64,000 nt of DNA, from the NCBI GenBank assembly GCA_963664405.1, contig OY761158.1, positions 6,048,001-6,112,000 of the forward strand, written 5' to 3'. The position numbers and the translations under genes were made by a program. The notes under the pieces were generated by a model, which did not search any database, had not been told where the DNA came from, and saw only the letters and a list, made by a program, of their open reading frames with translations. Shown in pieces: positions 60,400 through 64,000 of the stretch; the stretch's first letter is position 1, and every line of letters starts with the position of its first letter. The stretch is from Thermoanaerobaculia bacterium (lineage in GTDB: Bacteria > Acidobacteriota > Thermoanaerobaculia > Multivoradales > Multivoraceae).

Positions 60400-62055
60400 A
60401 TGTCTTCACTCTCACGGTGGACCCGAAGACGCTTTATCGCGACGGCCGCGACCGCCGCCGGCGCGGCAAGCCTGCCGGGCTTTCCCGCCCTTTCGGACGA
60501 CGGTTGGTGGGCCGGCTCGCTCGCGCACCTACTCCCCGCCGCCAGCCACGATCGTGTCGCGATCAAATGCTCGTTCACAGATTCTCTCGACTCTCTGCCG
60601 ATTCTCCGTATCGGCAGGCGCGAGGTCGCCGGTCGAAGCACTGATTCCGAACGACGCTTCTTCTCCTTCGATGCCGCCGGCCTCGAGTCCGACGTCGAGT
60701 ACCCTCTCCAGCTCGTTGACAGTGGCGGCCAAGCTCTAAGCGATACCTGGCCGCTGCGCACCTTTCCTCGACCTGATGCCGAGCCCGAGTCGGTTCGCCT
60801 GCTGGCCTATACCTGCGCCGGCGGTCACCCCGCCACCGGATCGTTCCTGCCGCTCGACGTTCGTCGTCGCCTGCTCCGACGTGCGCTTTCGTTTCACCCA
60901 CGGGCCGCGTTCGCGATCGGAGACCACATCTATTGGGATCAGCGCACCAGTTTGGAGAACCGTACCGAGGAGAGGGAGAGAGCGACGAAGGCCTTCTACG
61001 AGGAGGTCGGTTGGCTCGACCGCACCATGCCGGTGTTTGGAACCCGCAACGAGACTTCGATCAAGGCCGCGGTGGGCCCACAGATCAGCCAGCTCTATGG
61101 CGTGATGCTGCGCTCGACGCCGTCGTACTTCGTCAGCGACGACCATGACTATTACGAGAATGACGACGCCGACCCGAATATGGTGACCTTCCCGCCCGAT
61201 CACTATCAGCTCGATTTTGCCCGCTTCACTCGCAATGCCTACCTGCCGGAGTTTCTCCCCGACAGGGAGCGACCGCTGTCGATGTCGGGAACCGGCGCCG
61301 GCGATCGCGCCGCTGGGATCTCGGAAGCCTTCGGCAGTTTCCGCTATGGCCGTCTGGCCGAAGCCCTTGTTTATGACTGCGCACGCTATCTGTCTCTCAA
61401 GGGCGACCATGCCGGGCTGGTGCCGCCCGAGGCCGAGGCTTGGTTGCACCGGCGCACTCGCGACCAGAGCGTTGCCCAGCTTCTCCACATACCCTCCCAT
61501 CCCTTCGGCTGGACGGCCGGCAAGTGGCGCGAGTGGTACCCCGATGTCGCCGACGTCGGAAGCGGGGCGAGTCCGGCCGTGTCACAGATCGGTCAGGTCA
61601 AGCCGGGCGACAGCTTTCGCCTCACCACCGAGCGCGACAAGTACTTCTGGCAGAAGGGTTGGTGGAGCCAGCACCAGCGCCTCCTCGAGAGCATGAGCTC
61701 CCAATCGAGGCGGTCGGCGATCGTCCTCTCCGGGGATCTGCACGCGATCGGCCATGCGGCGATCGAGCGCAGCGGTAACCTGGATCTCTCCGCCAACCCG
61801 GTGCATGCGGTCCTGACCGGTACGCTCGGTACCGAGAAGGGGTGGCCGTCGGCCGCGCGGGGGAGCGGGCCGGTGCCGGCGATCGGCCTGGTGCACGAGG
61901 ACATAGCACCGGCAGTGGAGAAGAACGGCTTCACTCTCCTCGACGTCAGTCCGGCGGAAGTGAAGATCCGTCTCTTCGCCTGGAAGAGCAACGAGGCGGT
62001 GGAGAGAATCGATGCCCTCGAGCCTTACCACACCTACTCCATCCAACGTTCGTAG
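60400..62055 (+). CDS. Tat-exported PhoD-like metallophosphoesterase
   Basis: RRRFI, GDHIYWD, DDHDY, SGDLH. Confidence 0.75.
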   Translation: MSSLSRWTRRRFIATAATAAGAASLPGFPALSDDGWWAGSLAHLLPAASHDRVAIKCSFTDSLDSLPILRIGRREVAGRSTDSERRFFSFDAAGLESDVEYPLQLVDSGGQALSDTWPLRTFPRPDAEPESVRLLAYTCAGGHPATGSFLPLDVRRRLLRRALSFHPRAAFAIGDHIYWDQRTSLENRTEERERATKAFYEEVGWLDRTMPVFGTRNETSIKAAVGPQISQLYGVMLRSTPSYFVSDDHDYYENDDADPNMVTFPPDHYQLDFARFTRNAYLPEFLPDRERPLSMSGTGAGDRAAGISEAFGSFRYGRLAEALVYDCARYLSLKGDHAGLVPPEAEAWLHRRTRDQSVAQLLHIPSHPFGWTAGKWREWYPDVADVGSGASPAVSQIGQVKPGDSFRLTTERDKYFWQKGWWSQHQRLLESMSSQSRRSAIVLSGDLHAIGHAAIERSGNLDLSANPVHAVLTGTLGTEKGWPSAARGSGPVPAIGLVHEDIAPAVEKNGFTLLDVSPAEVKIRLFAWKSNEAVERIDALEPYHTYSIQRS

Positions 62056-62087
62056 GATTCCATCTGACATTCCAAGGAGGTAGCAGC

Positions 62088-63585
62088 ATGGCGAATGAGA
62101 AGAGCAATCCCACCAGACGCGAAGTTCTCGTGGGAGCGGCGGCGGCCACTGCGGCGGCTCTGTCCGGATGCGGCGGTGAGGCCCCGGCACCGATACCGGG
62201 GCCCCGCGCGACGAAGCGACCCAATATTCTCTTTCTCTTTTCCGATCAGCATCGTCCCGACTGGCTCGGCCGCACGCCGTCGATCCCGGTTCCGACCCCC
62301 AACATGGACCGGCTGGCCGCCCGCGGCGTCGACTTCGCCCAGACCATCACCCCGGCGCCGGTGTGCGGACCGTCGCGGGCCTGCCTGGCGTCGGGCATGG
62401 AATACGAGAACTGTGGCGTCGCACAGAACTCGGTCCCCTTCCCCTTGGACAGGACGACCTTCTACCGCCTGCTCCGAGAAAGCGGCTACCACACCATGGC
62501 GACCGGCAAGATCGACCTGCACTAGGGCGCCGGCGGTCGCAGCTCTGATGGGCGCAAGTTCATGGAGGAGTGGGGCTTCTCCGACACGGTGATCACCGGC
62601 AGCAAGAACGCCGCCCAACGACCCGTATGGGGTCTACCTGGACTCGCTGGATCCACCCATGCGTCTCATCCACTCCGAAGACATGGCTCGACGGAAAACG
62701 CCCCGCGAGGAGAACTGGTGGGGGATGACGGAGCCGACCGCGCTCAGCGACGAGGCCTATAAAGACAGCTACACCGTTCGCACCGGTCTCGAGCTGCTCG
62801 ATCGAGCCCCCGAGGGCAAGCCCTGGTTCTTGTTCATGAACACCAACGGTCCCCATCCGTCGATGGACATCACCCGCCGCATGGAAGCGGAGTATCGCGG
62901 CCCCGACCGCGTCATCGAAGACTTCCCACAGCCCCACAACTACGCCGGGTTGGCACGGGGGAGAAGCGAGGGCCGGCTGCTGGCCCCGCAGGCTCCCTTC
63001 ACGCCGGAGAGGCACATCCGCATTCGCCAGAACTACTCGGCAATCGTCGAGAACATCGATCGCTGGCTGGGTATCTGCCAGGAGCGTCTCGAGGAGCGTG
63101 GCGAGCTCGACAACACGATCGTCATCTATTCGAGCGACCACGGCGAGATGCTTGGCGATCACGACTGGTGGGGCAAGTCTTTTCCTTTCCAGATGTCCGC
63201 CGGAGTGCCGCTGATCATGGCCGGCCCCGGCATCGCCGCCGGCGGGAGGAGCGACGCGTTGGTGAGTCTGATGGACCTCAGCGCCACCTGTCTCGACTTT
63301 GCCGAAGTAGCGGTGCCAGAGGAGATGGAGAGCCGCTCCTTGCGCGGCCTGCTCGATGCCGGCGAAGGTGAGCATCGCGACTATCTACGTTCAGCGTTGA
63401 AGACAGGATACGCGGAGTCGGGCCGCTGGCGGAGCGTGCAGGATCATCGCTACAAGCTCATCGAAGGCTTCTTCGAAGAGCGAACGCTCTTCGATCTCGA
63501 GGCGGATCCGCTGGAGAACGAGAATATCGCCGCAGGCAAGCCGGGAGACGTCGCGCGGCTCGAGAAGCTTTTTGTAAGTGCCTGA
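62088..63585 (+). pseudogene. Third Tat sulfatase paralog, disrupted
   Basis: CGPSR; TAG at 62523-62525 and frameshift/deletion near 62610-62620. Confidence 0.85.
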
Positions 63586-63604
63586 AGGAGGGCTGTTCTT
63601 CTCC

Positions 63605-64000
63605 TCAGCGATTCGGTCCGCGATCCATCGGGTAGGGCTGCCAGCGCTCCAGAGGCGTGCGTGGTAACACGTCAGGGTTCACGCAGCTGCGGGGCCAGCG
63701 CCCAGAGAGCACGGTCGCCAGCTCACGACCCAAACGCCGTCGCGTCTCCGGCATCATGCGCGCCGTGGCGGATGCGATGTGCGGTGTGAGGATCACGTTG
63801 GGCAGCTCGAGTAAGGGGTTGTCGGGCGCCGGCGGCTCTTTTTCGAACACGTCGAGCGCGGCGAAGGCGATCCCGCCCGACTTCAAGGCATCTATCAACG
63901 CACCCTCGTCGACGCTGGGACCGCGCCCGGTATTGATGAAGGCGGCTCCCGGCTTCATCGCGGCAAAGCGCTCGGCATTCATCAGATGCTTCGTCTCCTC
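63605..64000 (-). CDS. D-2-hydroxyacid dehydrogenase, C-terminal part (starts outside window)
   Basis: INTGRG, ALDVFEKEP, LTPHIAS. Confidence 0.9.
   Translation of the reverse strand, partial: EETKHLMNAERFAAMKPGAAFINTGRGPSVDEGALIDALKSGGIAFAALDVFEKEPPAPDNPLLELPNVILTPHIASATARMMPETRRRLGRELATVLSGRWPRSCVNPDVLPRTPLERWQPYPMDRGPNR

Noticed and set aside
62523-62525. In-frame TAG at a Lys-equivalent position in the third Tat sulfatase (pyrrolysine?)
   Set aside because: A frameshift/deletion follows about 90 nt later, AAG>TAG is a single change, and no pyl genes are seen; pseudogene is simpler

Overview
High-GC bacterial chromosomal window. The many Tat/PQQ-propeller/sulfatase genes suggest an Acidobacteriota-like environmental genome, but this is inference only. 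In order: 5' part of error-prone dnaE2; a complete IS66 (8-bp TSD) inserted in a REP-like motif next to a RAYT/Y1 HUH transposase; a CsoR-type metal/redox operon; a 2Fe-2S ferredoxin, uvrA, cyanobacterial-type gshA, frmA and fghA; a MITE; a mosaic fatty-acyl/amide catabolic block with gene relics; an ISKra4-like element interrupted by an IS21-family element; a c-di-GMP-I riboswitch ahead of a secreted beta-helix protein; cnoX, an SSS transporter and a PQQ dehydrogenase; and a sulfatase/FGE cluster. The most notable signal is in the first gene of the CsoR operon. The ORF caller split it in two, but it reads as one HMA-thioredoxin fusion whose metal-binding CxxC is encoded TGA-ATG-GGC-TGA (UxxU), followed by a SECIS-like hairpin. 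This makes it a candidate double-selenocysteine metal/redox protein.
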